Part shown: positions 20,312 through 22,786 of the stretch, one piece after another | How the letters are laid out: every line of letters begins with the position of its first letter | How positions within the stretch are numbered: position 1 is the stretch's first letter | Assembly (NCBI RefSeq): GCF_006345805.1 | Contig: NW_021836764.1 | Location: 1 to 22,786, forward strand | Reading direction: 5' to 3' | Source: Octopus sinensis | Lineage: Eukaryota | Length of the DNA: 22,786 nucleotides | Notes under the pieces: model-generated | What the model was told of the DNA's origin: nothing | Databases searched by the model: none | The model's input: the letters and a program-made list of their open reading frames with translations, nothing else | Program-made: the position numbers and the translations under genes

Positions 20312-20701
20312 AAAAGGAAGCACTCCGTCGGTTACGACGATGAGGGTTCCGGTTGATCCGAATCAACGGAACAGCCTGCTCGTGAAATTAACGTATAAGT
20401 GGCTGAGCACTCCACAGACACGTGTACCCTTACGTAGTTCTCGGGGATATTCAGCGTGACACAGAGAGTGACAAGGCCGCCCCTTGAAATTACAGGTACA
20501 ACAGAAACAGGAAGTAAGAGTGAGAGAAAGTTGTGGTGAAAGAGTACAGCAGGGATCACCACCATCCCCTGCCGGAGCCTCGTGGAGCTTTTTTAGGTGT
20601 TTTCGCTCAATAAACACTCACAACGCCCGGTCTGGGAATCGAAACCGCAATCCTATGACCGCGAGTCCGCTGCCCTAACCACTGGGCCATTGCGCCTCCA
20701 C
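20312..20701 (-). mobile_element. Full-length family-A SINE (head A plus tail 1) with 11-bp TSD
   Basis: Highly similar to 17569-17939; TSD CCTTACGCATA at 20301-20311 and 20702-20712. Confidence 0.93.
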
Positions 20702-20716
20702 CCTTACGCATATCCT

Positions 20717-20906
20717 GTCTGGGAATCGAAACTACGATCTTGAAATCGTGAATAGAACACTCTAACCACCAGGTCACGGGCCTTCACCTTCTCTGTCGAG
20801 TAAACGATAAAAAGCACACACACACAAACAACACAAACCGAAGATTTGAACCAACAGCCCGACGGTTATTAGCCGGACGCCCTAAACCACTACGCCACGC
20901 ACCTCT
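20717..20906 (-). mobile_element. Two isolated degenerate tRNA-like SINE heads (about 20717-20787 and 20840-20906)
   Basis: Minus-strand GTGGTTAGAG...GTTTCGATTCCC and GGCGTAGTGGTTTAG...GGTTCAAATC. Confidence 0.55.
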
Positions 20907-21164
20907 GCCTCTTGTTTACTGTAATAATAAATCTTTTTCAGCGTTCATTAAACACAATAATAATAATAATAATAATAATAATATGTCTTGTCTAAATTAG
21001 AAGCATTTCCACTCTGATACACACCTTCCAGTCACTAAGGAATATTTTATATAACAACATTTGTCAAAAGGGTTTTTTTTTTTTAGATTTTTAAAGCAAT
21101 ATTTCTGTTTGTTTTTTGTTTTGTGTTTTTTATTCGTAAATAAAATAAAAAAATCAAATGGGTA

Positions 21165-21283
21165 AAGATTTATTGTGTTTGCTGCTGTGTGTGTATATGT
21201 GTGTTTGCTGCTGGTGTGTATATGTGTGTGTGTGTGTGTATATATATATTTGTGTGGTTGTGTGTGTATATATTATATATATG

Positions 21284-21318
<35 letters not shown>

Positions 21319-21491
21319 TATATGTGTGTGTGTTGTGTGTGTATATATATATATATATATATGTGTGTTGTGTGTGTATATATATATATATATATGTGTG
21401 TGTGTGGTGTTGTATATATATATATATATATGTGTGTGTGTATATTATATATATATATATATATGTGTGTGTTGTGTTGTGTGTGTGTGAT

Positions 21492-21524
<33 letters not shown>

Positions 21525-22050
21525 ACGTGTGTTTGCTGCTGCTGTGTGTGTGTGTACGTGTGTTTGCTGCTGTGTATGTATGTGTGTGTGTGTTTGCCGC
21601 TGTTGTGTGTTTTTGAGCCTGCCTAGGTGCATGTGTTTGTGTGTCTGTGTGCGTGCGTGTGTGTGCGTGCATGCGTGTGCGTGCATGTGTGTGTGTGTGC
21701 GTGCATGTGTATGTGTGTGTGCTTGCTACTGTGTGTGCGTGAGTTTTCACAGTTGTGTATGTGTGTGAGTGTGCGTATGTATATGTATATGTGTACATTG
21801 TTATGTGCGTATATGTGTGTACCTAATTTTGTGTGTATGCATGCGAATATGTGCTACAGCGCGCCCATGTATGTGTGTGTATGTGTGTGTTCTGCTGTAT
21901 ATGTTTGTGTGTGTTCTGCTGTATATGTTTGTGTGTGTTAACAGCTGTGTGCGTGTATGTGTGCGTATCCTGATGTGTGTATGTGTGCCATTTCGAGTAT
22001 CTACTATAATACTCGCGCACACAAACATATGTATATGTTCTTTATATATA
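21165..22050. repeat. (GT)n/(AT)n/(GTGC)n microsatellite block
   Basis: Directly visible. Confidence 0.93.
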
Positions 22051-22054
22051 TAAA

Positions 22055-22261
22055 GGCGCAGGCGGGGCTGAGTGGCAAGAAGCTTGCTTCCCAACCACAT
22101 GGTTCCGGGTTCAGTCTCACTACGTGGCACCTTGGGCAAGTGTCTTCTACTATAGTTTCGTAGTTTCGGGCCGACCAAAGCCTTGTGAGTGGATTCAGTT
22201 GACGGAAACTGAAAAAAAAGGTTGTGTCGTGTATATATATATATATATATATAGAATTCGG

Positions 22262-22297
<36 letters not shown>

Positions 22298-22530
22298 TGT
22301 ATGTATGTATGTATATGTTTGTGTGTATGTTTGTTACCCCCCCCACCATCTCTTGACAACCGATGCTGGTGTGTTTACATCCCCGTGACATAGCGGTTCG
22401 GCAAAAGAGACCGATAGAATAAATACTAAGCTTATAAAGAATACGCCTTGGGGTCCATTTGTTCGACTAAAGACGGTGCTCCAGCATGGCGGTAGTCAAA
22501 TTACTGAAACAAGTAAAAAAAATAAACGAA
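22055..22530 (+). mobile_element. Family-C SINE with internal (TA)n/(TATG)n
   Basis: Collinear with the reverse complement of 19541-20000. Confidence 0.9.
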
Positions 22531-22603
22531 TATATATGTCTAGCACATCCTTAATCTTGAAAGTGATGTGATATTCAGTAACATACTTTGAGTAAGATTA
22601 TTT

Positions 22604-22786
22604 TGCCAACATAACATGGCAGTCCTGGTTTAGGACGCTGTTTGCTGTAATTTAGCCCCAGGAGACATCATCTCCAGCTGGCTATAAGGACACAGATCAT
22701 GTTTATAGCCAGCTGGAGACGATGTCTCCTGGGCTAAATTACAGCAACATTCGTCCTAAACCAGGGACTGCCATGTTATGTTGGCA
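22604..22786. repeat. Long inverted repeat: 84-bp arms and a 15-nt loop
   Basis: 22604-22687 vs the reverse complement of 22703-22786, about 6 differences. Confidence 0.95.

Overview
Eukaryotic, AT-rich, repeat-saturated genomic DNA with no intact long gene. The SINE families and microsatellite load resemble Octopus/coleoid cephalopod DNA (inference from recall, not verified). Contents: large microsatellite blocks; at least four decayed plus-strand R4/Dong-clade non-LTR retrotransposon copies (RT, CCHC, restriction-like endonuclease); two L1/Tx1-like ORF2 fragments; about eight tRNA-derived SINEs of several families, three with clear TSDs; two ~397-bp non-autonomous Helitrons; a hAT/Charlie-type MITE with a nested SINE; a 17-copy ~85-bp satellite; and several inverted repeats. 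Four short unique islands on the minus strand have canonical splice sites and join in phase into a candidate 3' end of an unidentified host gene. The most notable observations are that exon chain, a microhomology-flanked 97-bp inverted templated insertion inside a dead retrotransposon, head/tail swapping among SINEs, the octamer-bearing satellite, and an 84-bp-arm hairpin at the window end. Nothing here establishes a new biological system; most ORFs in the supplied track are microsatellite artefacts.
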